This document shows positions 34,198 to 45,031 of a stretch of DNA of 50,174 nucleotides, piece after piece. The notes under the pieces are model-generated. The model saw only the letters and a program-made list of their open reading frames with translations, was not told the DNA's origin and did no database searches. The translations under genes were made by a program, and so were the position numbers. The stretch lies in the NCBI GenBank assembly GCA_002245135.1, contig NGBS01000631.1, positions 1 through 50,174 on the forward strand, read 5' to 3'. The DNA comes from Proteromonas lacertae. Lineage: Eukaryota. Position 1 is the stretch's first letter. Every line of letters starts with the position of its first letter.

Positions 34198-35083
34198 ATT
34201 AGCTGATAGTAATTGTTATTCAACTATTATATTAATTCTTATACTTATATATTCTGTAATTTTCATTTATTTTTATAATATTAGCAACTGCAACAACTAT
34301 TTATCTACAACTATTGAACATTATCATGTAAAAACTCCATCATTGTTTAGAATAATTAAAAACATTAACATAACTCAATTTAGAAGAATATTGATTGTAG
34401 TACCAATATGTTATTCTAATATTTATAGAAGATATTTAATAAGAAATACTTGGAGTAAAAATTTAGATATTTATGATTCTAGAATTATATTCTTTTCTGG
34501 ATTTGATAATGAAATATCACAAGAAACAGATCTTCTACAATTTTCTTTTCATGATGATTATTACAACCTAACTATATCTACACTATTGTTATATAATTGG
34601 ACTAAAAGTGTATATAACAAATTTGATTATATTTTAAGAGTTGATAGTGATGTATATCCTAACTTACAATTAATTATATTATATATTCTAATTTCCAAAA
34701 ATATCCATAAAGTAATTTATGGTTATTTCTACCCTTCAATGAAAACAAAACGAGATAAAAATAATAAAAACTATTTACCTTGTTCTTTATATAATCTAAC
34801 TACTTTACCTGAATTTGTAGCAGGTAATTTTTATATTTTACCTAAGCTACATAACTGGAGTAGTTTCATAAATACATTGGAATTAAATAGCTCCAAATTG
34901 ATATATAGAGAGGATATTCAAATGGGAATATATTTCTATAACTATCACATCAAAATAATAAGAATTAATCAATATTACAAACGTAAAAATAGTTCTTTAG
35001 ATTGCAAAGATTTACAGTTACACTTGGCTGTTCATGGAATAAGTATTAAAAATATGTACTATATTTCTAATCGATGTAGATAA
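34181..35083 (+). CDS. GT31-like beta-1,3-galactosyltransferase
   Basis: RRYLIRNTW, DDYYNLT, LRVDSDVY, REDIQMG. The frame is open upstream of 34343 through a TM segment but has no ATG. Confidence 0.8.
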   Translation, partial: RDSTIRLADSNCYSTIILILILIYSVIFIYFYNISNCNNYLSTTIEHYHVKTPSLFRIIKNINITQFRRILIVVPICYSNIYRRYLIRNTWSKNLDIYDSRIIFFSGFDNEISQETDLLQFSFHDDYYNLTISTLLLYNWTKSVYNKFDYILRVDSDVYPNLQLIILYILISKNIHKVIYGYFYPSMKTKRDKNNKNYLPCSLYNLTTLPEFVAGNFYILPKLHNWSSFINTLELNSSKLIYREDIQMGIYFYNYHIKIIRINQYYKRKNSSLDCKDLQLHLAVHGISIKNMYYISNRCR

Positions 35084-35111
35084 TCTTAAGCTTAATTATA
35101 CAAAAATATTG

Positions 35112-36137
35112 TTATTTAATTAATTTAACAATATTCTCTAATGATTTAACACAATTTAAATTATTCTTTACATTTAAAGCTAATTTTTTTGGATTGTATT
35201 TTATTTTATATATCTCATTTAAATAATATAAAGATTTTGTAATATTAGTATCTAATTCTTTTAATATACTACCATAACCTTCTTCAATAAATTCTTCTTG
35301 ATGTGATATAGGCCATACTCCCATTGCTTTCATTTCAAGTAATGAAAGTGCACCAGTATCATAAAAAGAGAAATATATAACAAATTTAGCATTATTAGCT
35401 AATAACATCATTTTACTTTTGGAATAATTCCCATATTTTATAACTTCTATTGTATATTTTTGTATAAGAAATTCAATTAATATTTTTTCGTCATTTACTC
35501 TTCTACAATCAGAATACTTGGTATAAACTAAAAAATCTACCTTTCTTTGATTGAATGAGTTGATGATATTTATATTATGTTTATATTCTAAGCATGGAGT
35601 AAGTATATAATATTTAGTAATATAAAAATGACAATTTGTGCGATTAATTATGTGATTTTTAACTCTAATCGAATGAGTTGCAAATGCATTTATTTTTTTC
35701 ATTACTAAACACCAATATTTTTCATAAGAATTATTCTTAGGCATAGCAAACCATTTTATAGGAGTAACAATTGGTCCATATATTATTTTTTTAAACATAG
35801 AATCATAGGTAGAATTATTTACAAGATATATGTAATCAGTTCTTTCAAACCATATAAATGTATGCGCTTTCTGTATTATATTCTGAATAGTTTTTAAAGT
35901 AATTGACTCTTTATGAATTAATTTTATTTTTCTTGATATAATACTATCATTATTCCATCTTTTTATTGCGCAGTGGATGTAGTATGATAAAGAATATGGT
36001 CCTCCTTTTCCTTTGCTAGGAAATATTAAATATATGTATATATTATTATTATTATAACTGATAGTTAAATATATAAACAAAGATACAGAAACACTAAAAT
36101 ATAAATAATTTGTTATTAATAATATACAGTACAACAT
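35112..36137 (-). CDS. Putative GT-B (GT4-like) glycosyltransferase
   Basis: GKGGP, YGP, FVIYFSFYDTGALSLLEMKAMGV; N-terminal TM. Confidence 0.65.
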   Translation of the reverse strand: MLYCILLITNYLYFSVSVSLFIYLTISYNNNNIYIYLIFPSKGKGGPYSLSYYIHCAIKRWNNDSIISRKIKLIHKESITLKTIQNIIQKAHTFIWFERTDYIYLVNNSTYDSMFKKIIYGPIVTPIKWFAMPKNNSYEKYWCLVMKKINAFATHSIRVKNHIINRTNCHFYITKYYILTPCLEYKHNINIINSFNQRKVDFLVYTKYSDCRRVNDEKILIEFLIQKYTIEVIKYGNYSKSKMMLLANNAKFVIYFSFYDTGALSLLEMKAMGVWPISHQEEFIEEGYGSILKELDTNITKSLYYLNEIYKIKYNPKKLALNVKNNLNCVKSLENIVKLIK

Positions 36138-36154
36138 GATACTGACATTGTAAA

Positions 36155-37024
36155 ATGAGTGGCATATTTTTATATATTAATTTCTTTATATGTATATCAA
36201 TTTCATTTTTAATATTAAATATATCATTATCTAATCTTCATGTAAAGAATAAGAAATATAATTGTTACAATAACCAAAATTTCTCGTTTATTTCAAATAC
36301 ATATTTTCAAATGTGGTATGAAATAGCTGCAGAAATTGTAAATAGAAACAATCACTTATCAATAAGTAGGTATGGAGATGGTGAATACTCTATCATGATA
36401 GGTAGCAAAGTTGAAGGAATAGATCATTTTCAGTATAAAGGCGGAGAATGCAAACTAAGAAAAGATCTGTTTTTGTCTTTAAATTGTAATAGGAACTGCA
36501 AATGTTATTATGGAGTATATTACAACCATTTAGATTTCTTTTTGAAAAGAAGTAATCAACATCCAAAATATTTTACATCATCAAATATATTTGTTAATAA
36601 GAATTATCCTAAAACAAAATTACTTATTGAGTCATTATTACATGATGATAAAAGCAACATTATTCTATTATGTAATGAAGAAGCAACAAACACTTCATTC
36701 GCAAAAATAGTAATATATTTCCCAAAATATATAGTATCATATTACGAAAATAAAAACAAAGAAATAATAAAAAATATTACTATATTGGCAAAACGATATA
36801 ATAATCATTTGTTTATGCTGTCAATTGGGCCTCTTGCTCCTGTTCTAATATGGTATATGAGAAAAGCTAATTATAATAATAGATATATTGATTTTGGATC
36901 AACTTTGGATTTGTTAATTAAAGGATATTCTAACAGAAATTATGTTAAACATAACTCAATAAATGCTCAATTGATTGATAAAACATGGATTTTATCTAAA
37001 TATGATAATATACATTTTTTCTAA
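36155..37024 (+). CDS. GT-D fold (DUF1792-like) glycosyltransferase
   Basis: ISRYGDGE, LSIGPLAPVL, IDFGSTLD. Confidence 0.75.
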   Translation: MSGIFLYINFFICISISFLILNISLSNLHVKNKKYNCYNNQNFSFISNTYFQMWYEIAAEIVNRNNHLSISRYGDGEYSIMIGSKVEGIDHFQYKGGECKLRKDLFLSLNCNRNCKCYYGVYYNHLDFFLKRSNQHPKYFTSSNIFVNKNYPKTKLLIESLLHDDKSNIILLCNEEATNTSFAKIVIYFPKYIVSYYENKNKEIIKNITILAKRYNNHLFMLSIGPLAPVLIWYMRKANYNNRYIDFGSTLDLLIKGYSNRNYVKHNSINAQLIDKTWILSKYDNIHFF

Positions 37025-37046
37025 AATATCTAATATTGGTAGGTAT

Positions 37047-38246
37047 TTATAATATTTTAAATTCTTCGTATTTTAGAATCTCAACTATTTGTTTTGAAGT
37101 AGTTCCATTCCCATATATATTTTTGTTATTAATCATATATGAATAATATACACCATCAGTCATTAATTTATCAATGTAGTATATTACATTTTTATAATCA
37201 TTTCCGATTAATTTTGCACAGTTATGTATAACTCCTTCCATTCTCTCTGTATTTTTTCGTAATATTAATAGGGGTTTATGTAATGCTACTGCTTCTTCTT
37301 GTATACCTCCTGAATCTGTCATTACAATATGAGACTGATTTAATAAATAAATTAAAGCAAAATAGCTCAATGGTTTAACAATTTTAAATCTATTTAAATA
37401 AATATAAATGCTATTATCAATATATTCATTTGTAATTATTTTATTTATAATATTAGGAGGTAATGTTTGTTTTAAGCACAACATGACATTTGGATTGAGA
37501 TGTATGGGATAAATGACAAGAATATTGCTGTATTTATTAAATATATAGTATATTGCTTTCATTATACTAACAAATGGCTTTCCATAATTTTCTCTTCTAT
37601 GAACAGTTAGTAGAATTATATAATTAATTTTTTTATCCTTGTATAATGATTTTACTATATGCTTTATTCTTAACACATTTTCAGTTTTATTCATTAGTGG
37701 ATATGATTCTTTTAAAGTATCAATGACTGTATTTCCTACTACATAAATTGTAGTGGTGTTTTTTCTCTCATATAATAAGTTCATTTCAGATAGTTTAGTA
37801 GGACAGAAGTTATATTTAGCAATATTACTAATAATTTGTCTATTTAGCTCTTCTGGAAAAGGAAAATAAATATTTCTTGTTCTTAATCCTGCTTCTATAT
37901 GAGCAACAGATACTTTATGGTAGAATGAGCATATAGTACTTACTAAAGCAGTAGTAGTATCGCCTTGTACAATTGTTAAATCATGTATAGATTTTGAATA
38001 TATGATTTCTAGTTTATTAAATAATTTCGATGATAATATTGACAATGACTGATTTTTTTGCATAATATGAAAAGAAATATCAGGTTTAATATGAAAATCT
38101 TCTAATATTTGTTTAACCATCTCTTCTTGTTGATATGTGCAAATTGTTTTTACTAAAAAACTATCTTTATAATTTTTAATTTCTTGAATGAGGGGATATA
38201 ATTTAATAACCTCTGGTCTTGTACCGAATATAATATAAGAGAAAAA
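37047..38246 (-). CDS. wecB: UDP-N-acetylglucosamine 2-epimerase (WecB type), start missing
   Basis: The frame extends upstream to IFGTRPEVIK; VQGDTTT, HIEAGLRT, TVHRREN, TDSGGIQEEA, TERMEG. No ATG before GTRPE. Confidence 0.85.
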   Translation of the reverse strand, partial: FFSYIIFGTRPEVIKLYPLIQEIKNYKDSFLVKTICTYQQEEMVKQILEDFHIKPDISFHIMQKNQSLSILSSKLFNKLEIIYSKSIHDLTIVQGDTTTALVSTICSFYHKVSVAHIEAGLRTRNIYFPFPEELNRQIISNIAKYNFCPTKLSEMNLLYERKNTTTIYVVGNTVIDTLKESYPLMNKTENVLRIKHIVKSLYKDKKINYIILLTVHRRENYGKPFVSIMKAIYYIFNKYSNILVIYPIHLNPNVMLCLKQTLPPNIINKIITNEYIDNSIYIYLNRFKIVKPLSYFALIYLLNQSHIVMTDSGGIQEEAVALHKPLLILRKNTERMEGVIHNCAKLIGNDYKNVIYYIDKLMTDGVYYSYMINNKNIYGNGTTSKQIVEILKYEEFKIL

Positions 38247-38258
38247 TTAGAAATTAGA

Positions 38259-38654
38259 TTGCTTACTTTAGATGATATATACAATCACAAACAAAATATA
38301 TTATTACTCAAAATTGATGTAGAAGGATATGAATATAATGTGCTGGTTGGAGCAAAAAATCTCTTAAAAAGACATATAATTAAAATAAAATATATAGAAA
38401 TAAACTGCTATGGTATAATAAATTCTGGATTAAATGAAAAGAATATTTATAAAACCCTTACATTTTATAATTATACTATTTTTAATAAAAGAATTTGTAA
38501 CAGTGTTGGTATATTTGACATTTATGCAGTATGTAATGAATTTCTATCATGTTTATTATTTACTTTAAAATTTTTATATTATTTTACATTTCCTTTTCCT
38601 TCTATGTGTTTCAACATGATCTATTACCTCACCTTCATTCCAAAAATTATATAA
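38259..38654 (+). pseudogene. C-terminal half of an FkbM methyltransferase
   Basis: TLDD..LLKIDVEGYEYNVLVGA present; SAM-binding N-terminus absent. Confidence 0.7.
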
Positions 38655-39628
38655 TTTTGATATACATTTTCTGTAATTCTTATAATATCCGTTATATAAT
38701 ATTAACAATGAATATGTAGAATTTCTACTAAGTAATAAAAAATTGGATTTACTAGTTATATAAATATCTAATACAATTTTATCTATATCTTTTTGTCTTA
38801 TATTTTTTGACAAATATGAATGTTTTATTTCAGAATTATAATTATAATTATATACATTTTTATTCATTGTCATGAATAATGAGGAGAAATTTCTATTAAA
38901 ACTTGTGAGAAAGATGTAACATTTTCTGTTACATATTTTTTGAGATAATTTTTTGATTTTGTATATATTACTTTTATTAATTTTACATAATTTTAGGCAA
39001 TGATCATCTAATCTAACATGTACACCTATTTTAATATATGCATTAAATCGTTTTAATATTTTATTACCAATATTAATATGATTTTTATGAAATAAAAAGT
39101 ACTTACTATATAATATATAATTAACCTCAAGTATTTGTTGTAATATTTCATTTTTCTTTGAACATTTTAGAAAATGTAGTGTTTTTAAGTTAGAATAATA
39201 CTTCTTTGATTTTATTATTGTAGGAACAATATCATGAATACTAGTAATTGCTATTGAGTATGATTCTGTTTCAATAATTTTCACAATCAAGTCGACTGGC
39301 TCAATACAATAACTATAATAAGAAAAACAAAATGATTGATTAATATCATATTTACCTTTTATAGGATATGGATCCACATATTTGAAGTTATAATAATCAT
39401 TCAGATTAGTACCAATAACTAAGTTTAGAATAAAAACATACTATGATATTCTCTATTAGAAAGAATTGATAAAAGAAAACTACCAGATATTCCTGTAACT
39501 CTATTTCCTAATCCTCCACCTGAAATAACTCCATATAATATACCTCGTTTTTTATTAGTATTATATATCTTTTTATAATATACAGATATTAGCATGATAA
39601 ACAGAATTATTAAAAATAACATATTCAT
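38574..39628 (-). CDS. Putative fucosyltransferase (NodZ/GT23/GT37-like), two exons
   Basis: GGGLGNR, IGVHVR, IFLTS, STYS. A 23-nt intron at 39419-39441 (GTATGT...TTAG) joins ORFs 39425..39628 and 38574..39377 in frame. Confidence 0.8.
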
Positions 39629-39651
39629 CTATACTATTTTAAACATATTAT

Positions 39652-40689
39652 ATGAAATCAAATTACTTCGTTTATGTATATATATTTTTATATAATGTTA
39701 TTATACTATATTCATATTATTATGTTAATGAATGTGATAATTATTATATGAAAATAATTACTAAAATAAATGCAACTATTATAAAACATATAAATGCATA
39801 TATAAAATGTGGAAATAATTTCAATATTACATGCGGGAGAAGATTAATAAATTATACATTTCCAAAAGTAAATTATATACCTCATAATACATTCTTTTTA
39901 AACAGACAATTGGTTTTGTGTAATAGTGAATATAGTAAAATTAAAAATTGTTATAATACAACTGTATTAGTAGGAATACTATCAAGACCTGAGTGTTTAT
40001 ATGAAAGACACATTATGAGATGGTTTTTAAGAAAGTTAGGAAATATTAAATATGTATTTATTTGCGGAAATTCCTATTACAAAAGTGTACGTACAATACT
40101 AAAAAAAGAAATACTACTTTACAATGACATATTAGTGTTTAATGTTATTTCTAATTATTATAACTGTTCATTAATTATGATATGTTTTTATAAATATATT
40201 TTCGCCCATTGTTATAACATAGAATGGATATTAAAATTGGATATAGATACTTACTTTAACAATAATATGATGTTTAATATAATCAATTCAAGTGACAAAC
40301 AAATTTCTGTGATAGGATCTATGCATATTAATCCAAAACTAATATGTAATACAAATTATAAATGGTCAATAACATGTAAAAACAAAAGTATATTTAGTAT
40401 TAGTTATCCATCATATCCATATGGACCTGCATTTTTGTTTAGATCCTCTACACTGAATTGCATTAATAAATACATTAGAAATAGTAATAATTTCATTTGG
40501 ATTGAAGATGTAATGTTCGGTATATTCATGAAGCATTGTCAGTTAAAGTATTTAGATATATCCAACATTACTGAAATAACATACAGAAAGAAAAATGATT
40601 TATCAATAGTTAAGAATAAAGTATTTATACATGGTCTTTTTCCGATTGAAATATTATTATTAAATATGATGAATAATAATACATCTTGA
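39652..40689 (+). CDS. GT31-like galactosyltransferase
   Basis: VGILSRP, EILLYNDIL, LKLDIDTY, YPSYPYGPAF, IEDVMFG. Confidence 0.85.
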   Translation: MKSNYFVYVYIFLYNVIILYSYYYVNECDNYYMKIITKINATIIKHINAYIKCGNNFNITCGRRLINYTFPKVNYIPHNTFFLNRQLVLCNSEYSKIKNCYNTTVLVGILSRPECLYERHIMRWFLRKLGNIKYVFICGNSYYKSVRTILKKEILLYNDILVFNVISNYYNCSLIMICFYKYIFAHCYNIEWILKLDIDTYFNNNMMFNIINSSDKQISVIGSMHINPKLICNTNYKWSITCKNKSIFSISYPSYPYGPAFLFRSSTLNCINKYIRNSNNFIWIEDVMFGIFMKHCQLKYLDISNITEITYRKKNDLSIVKNKVFIHGLFPIEILLLNMMNNNTS

Positions 40690-40727
40690 TTTTATTTTTT
40701 TAAATGCATATATAAAACTATATTTAA

Positions 40728-41528
40728 GGGAAAATTTACCTATTTTTTACATTTCTCTTTTTAAATTTTATAATTCTTTTTACTCTATATATAAAACCAG
40801 TTATTAAATTAATACCTTTTTGCCTCTCTTTAATAATACCAACAACTTTTGAGGATATTAATAGATGTAGCAATATTTTGATAAGAAGTATATGTAGATC
40901 AATAAAATATCCCCAAGAAATTGTTATAGTAATGTCAGGAATTCTTTCAAATAATATTAGCCGAGTTGTTAAAGATACAAAAAAATTAAAAAAATGTACA
41001 AATAGTCTAATAATTATATACAGAAAAAAAAAACACAATGCTGCTTCAAACAGAAATATAGGTTATATTTATTCACACTGCTCTATTATATCTTATTTTG
41101 ATATTGATGATACAATGTCAATTTACAGGATTTATACTCTATACAGAATATTTTATGAAAATAGAAACATTGATGTTGTATTTCATCCTTCCACAAGAAA
41201 TTATAGTAGGTTGGATTCTCAAAACATATCTATGGTATTTAACAAATATGTAGTTGCTAATCAATTTGGAATTATAACAGAGAGGTGTAGAAAAACATTT
41301 ACATTTGATAATAGAATATATAAGTGTGATGTATCAAATAGATTCTATATAACAAATGGTTGGCCTACCATAAAAAGGAATATTATGTATCATATAAAAT
41401 ATAATGACACACTTACTGCAACAGAAGACTTAGATTTTATATCTCGTATAGTGGTTAAAGGATATAAAGTAGCTTTGTTTAAAGAGCCATTGGGATTCTA
41501 TATTAAAGATAATAACTGTAAATCTTAA
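40728..41528 (+). CDS. GT2-like glycosyltransferase
   Basis: The upstream frame gives TM plus SLIIPT; NAASNRNIG, YFDIDD, TEDLDF; start uncertain. Confidence 0.75.
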   Translation, partial: GKIYLFFTFLFLNFIILFTLYIKPVIKLIPFCLSLIIPTTFEDINRCSNILIRSICRSIKYPQEIVIVMSGILSNNISRVVKDTKKLKKCTNSLIIIYRKKKHNAASNRNIGYIYSHCSIISYFDIDDTMSIYRIYTLYRIFYENRNIDVVFHPSTRNYSRLDSQNISMVFNKYVVANQFGIITERCRKTFTFDNRIYKCDVSNRFYITNGWPTIKRNIMYHIKYNDTLTATEDLDFISRIVVKGYKVALFKEPLGFYIKDNNCKS

Positions 41529-41551
41529 TTACTATTTATAAACATCATATT

Positions 41552-43285
41552 ATGAATTACAGAAATGATATTCAGATACTTAGAGGATATATTATTTTTA
41601 TTGTTATTCTATATCATTGCAATATTTTAAAGTTTGGATACATTGCCGTTACTGTGTTTATTGCAATTTCAGGATATTTGTTACATTCAAATATACTATT
41701 TATTAGTTTATATAAGAGATATATCAGATTAATTTTCCCATGTATAACAAATATGTGGATTATAGTTTTATATTATTATAATGAAATATATAAACAGCAT
41801 TATATAGTTTTATATACAGAAATATTATCAACCACATTTATCTGCACTAATTATTATTATATATACTGTTTAACTGACTATTTTAATCCACCTGATAATT
41901 CTCTATTTTTACATAATTGGTATATTTCTGTGGATATGCAATTATTTTTGTTTCACATATTAAGCGTTAATTCCTCTAAAATCATAAATATAATTATATC
42001 ATTATTTTCAATGTTTATATATTTCATTACATTTAATGCATTTATTTCATATAATTATTTTTCATATGTTCCTAGGATTTGGGTATATTTTTTTCCAAAA
42101 ATTATTCCGCGAACAAGTAAAAGTAAAAGTCTAAAGTATATTTCTATTGTTATGTTATTAAGTATATTGATATATACCAATAATTACTTTGATGAAAGAT
42201 TATATCAAATGGTTATTGTAATTTTCGCATATGTATATTTGTATAATTCAATAGAAATTAGATTTTATTCTCTTGAAGTGATAGGATTAATTTCATTTTA
42301 TTTATATCTTGTTCATTATCCTGTTATTAAAATTGAATATAATGATGATTGTTTTTTTATATTAAATATTATCATTATAACAATGATTATATATTTAATA
42401 TACGGAAAAAATCCTTTCCTCAGAATTAAGTCTAACAAATATATTTACATCGGGTTATTAATATGTGAAATGTACAGTTTTTTATATGTTTATGTAAATA
42501 TTATGAAATATAGCACTAATATTACCGCTAATGCTACTTATTTATATACTTATAAGAGAATTGATAGAAATTCTTACTGTTGCTACAATGAAAGAGAAGA
42601 TTATAAGATAAAATCTGTATTAGTTGTAGGTGATTCTCATGCATTTAATATCATAGGAAATTTCTATAATATACTAAATATTAATAATTATGTTATATTC
42701 TACAAATATATTCATACTTCATTCATCATATTGAATGATAGTAATCTTTATGATATTTCAGATTCTTTCAAATTAATCATAAATATGAATTTATTTTATG
42801 ACAATATACATACTGAATATCTTAAACATTATTCAACTAAGATTATTTTTTATTTAGATTATTTAAAAAAGAAATCAAAAAATGTATTGTACTTTATACC
42901 AACACCAGTACTTAAACGTAGATTATCATGTAAAATACAAATGAAATATATTGCAAAAAATGAAATAGACATACTAATATACCCAAATATAAACCAACAT
43001 ATAAACGGCATTGTAGTAATAGATATAACTCAATATATATGCAATAATAATTCTTGTAATTTAACTTTTAATAACAATTGTATATACTCTGATGAACATC
43101 ATTTTACTATGAATTTTTATAACAACATATTCAACTACACAATGAATTTAATAAAACCATACATACAATATACTTCAAATTATACAAAGCATAGTATGAA
43201 ATGTCAATATATACTTTATAAAAATAAAATACTTAAAGCATGGAAATACCCTAATAAAAAATGTAAACTACATTTGTATTACTGA
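41552..43285 (+). CDS. OafA-like acyltransferase-3 plus SGNH domain
   Basis: YRNDIQILRG, FIAISGYL, HNWYISVDMQ, VGDSH, DEHH. Confidence 0.85.
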   Translation: MNYRNDIQILRGYIIFIVILYHCNILKFGYIAVTVFIAISGYLLHSNILFISLYKRYIRLIFPCITNMWIIVLYYYNEIYKQHYIVLYTEILSTTFICTNYYYIYCLTDYFNPPDNSLFLHNWYISVDMQLFLFHILSVNSSKIINIIISLFSMFIYFITFNAFISYNYFSYVPRIWVYFFPKIIPRTSKSKSLKYISIVMLLSILIYTNNYFDERLYQMVIVIFAYVYLYNSIEIRFYSLEVIGLISFYLYLVHYPVIKIEYNDDCFFILNIIIITMIIYLIYGKNPFLRIKSNKYIYIGLLICEMYSFLYVYVNIMKYSTNITANATYLYTYKRIDRNSYCCYNEREDYKIKSVLVVGDSHAFNIIGNFYNILNINNYVIFYKYIHTSFIILNDSNLYDISDSFKLIINMNLFYDNIHTEYLKHYSTKIIFYLDYLKKKSKNVLYFIPTPVLKRRLSCKIQMKYIAKNEIDILIYPNINQHINGIVVIDITQYICNNNSCNLTFNNNCIYSDEHHFTMNFYNNIFNYTMNLIKPYIQYTSNYTKHSMKCQYILYKNKILKAWKYPNKKCKLHLYY

Positions 43286-45027
43286 TAGATATTATATTTT
43301 ATAATTAATCTATTCTTTTTATTTCCCTTGCTTAGTATTTTCATGCAATATTTATTAAAATATCTAGTTAGGAGAAATGAAAAGGATAAAGTTAAATGAT
43401 TGAAATCTTTATAAATAATAGTTCTATTATTAAATAGAAAACTACATTTATTCTTAGGACATATATATTTGTTCATATTGCAATAGTGAATATTACTTCT
43501 TGTAATGAAAGGCAGTGAGTGTTGTGAAGCATTTATTCCAATAATAGAATAACAATACTCTTTAGGTTTATCTGAGTATATACATTTAGATGGATCTGAA
43601 TTTAAATAAGGAATATCTTGAATAAATATTACATATTTAACAATAGTTGATAATGTCTTTCCATAATCTATAAATGAAGAATTAAATAATTCATTGTCTT
43701 TAATGTATGTTTTTGATAGGAAGAATGATGATAGTACTACATTATTGCATATATATAATTTACATCTAACTACTCTAAGTATACTACCATAAAGCCTCTT
43801 TTCAATGAAATCTGCATGAAAATATATGTGTAATAAATTATAATTAAGGGTTTTAGTAATACTTAAAATTGATGGAAACCATTGTTGACCATGAGAATCA
43901 CAAAATAAATAAATTGTATTATTATTAACACATGAATATGACTTTTGTAATTTAAACAAACTAAATACTTTATAGTATTCATAGATTGGATCTTTATGTG
44001 GAAGAAAATGTAATTCCGCTTTCTTTTTTATGGTTAAATTAATTTTATGGGAATATAGTTTATAAAAAGAATAAATACTTATCATAATTATAATTGTAAG
44101 ATTTAAAATACTAAAACTCTTCGATATATAATGTGCTGTATAATGTATAGAGATTGATAATAAATACAAGCATAAAATTCTAAGTAATATATTGTGTGGA
44201 AATATATACATAAATGGATAATGAATTAAATATAACTGATAGGAATACTTTCCAAGTGAATTTAACACTAATGATTTATCAAATATAGATGATTTATTTA
44301 TCAATAACTCTAATAAGACAAATCCAAACACAGAAGTTATTGAAATAACAACATATGAATAAGAATAATCACCTATAATAGATAAACATAATAAAAAGAA
44401 AATGATAAAGTAGATAAATACATAATTATATTTTGTTATTCCTATCCTTCTATTCATTATAATAAATCCTAAAGAAAATTCATATATTCTGCATTCTATC
44501 ATATAATATGATCTATTTATGTTGTGTAGACTATTATAACTAAAAATAACATAACTAAAAACAATTATCAAAATAATATATCTTGTTGATAAAAACTTCA
44601 ACAGAGGGAAGATAATATATAATTGCATTTGCAAGGATATATACCACATATTAAGAATATAAGACGCAGAATTATACTGATTAAAATAGTCTAAACTATT
44701 TTTATAAAAATGATAATTTAAATAACCAATTAATGAATATTTACACTCTTTGTAATAGTTAATTAATTCATTGTATGAGATATCCTTTATAATGAAATTC
44801 AATATAGCAATTACTATTAGTAATGAAGGATAAATAGAATTAATTCTTTTTAAATAGAAATTAATTATACAAAATTCTTTTCCAACTATATTATTAACAA
44901 CTCCTGATATCTCTAAAAACAAAGTAACACCTAAATATCCACCTCTAAATATTCTGTTATAATAATGATATACTATAATAATAAAAATTGAAAAACCTCT
45001 TAATGATTGTAATGATTTTATATACAT
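43279..45027 (-). CDS. OafA-like acyltransferase-3 plus SGNH domain
   Basis: LQSLRG, GVTLFLEISG, NMWYISLQMQLY, CDSH, DFNH. Confidence 0.85.
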   Translation of the reverse strand: MYIKSLQSLRGFSIFIIIVYHYYNRIFRGGYLGVTLFLEISGVVNNIVGKEFCIINFYLKRINSIYPSLLIVIAILNFIIKDISYNELINYYKECKYSLIGYLNYHFYKNSLDYFNQYNSASYILNMWYISLQMQLYIIFPLLKFLSTRYIILIIVFSYVIFSYNSLHNINRSYYMIECRIYEFSLGFIIMNRRIGITKYNYVFIYFIIFFLLCLSIIGDYSYSYVVISITSVFGFVLLELLINKSSIFDKSLVLNSLGKYSYQLYLIHYPFMYIFPHNILLRILCLYLLSISIHYTAHYISKSFSILNLTIIIMISIYSFYKLYSHKINLTIKKKAELHFLPHKDPIYEYYKVFSLFKLQKSYSCVNNNTIYLFCDSHGQQWFPSILSITKTLNYNLLHIYFHADFIEKRLYGSILRVVRCKLYICNNVVLSSFFLSKTYIKDNELFNSSFIDYGKTLSTIVKYVIFIQDIPYLNSDPSKCIYSDKPKEYCYSIIGINASQHSLPFITRSNIHYCNMNKYICPKNKCSFLFNNRTIIYKDFNHLTLSFSFLLTRYFNKYCMKILSKGNKKNRLIIKYNIYQ

Positions 45028-45031
45028 TTAA

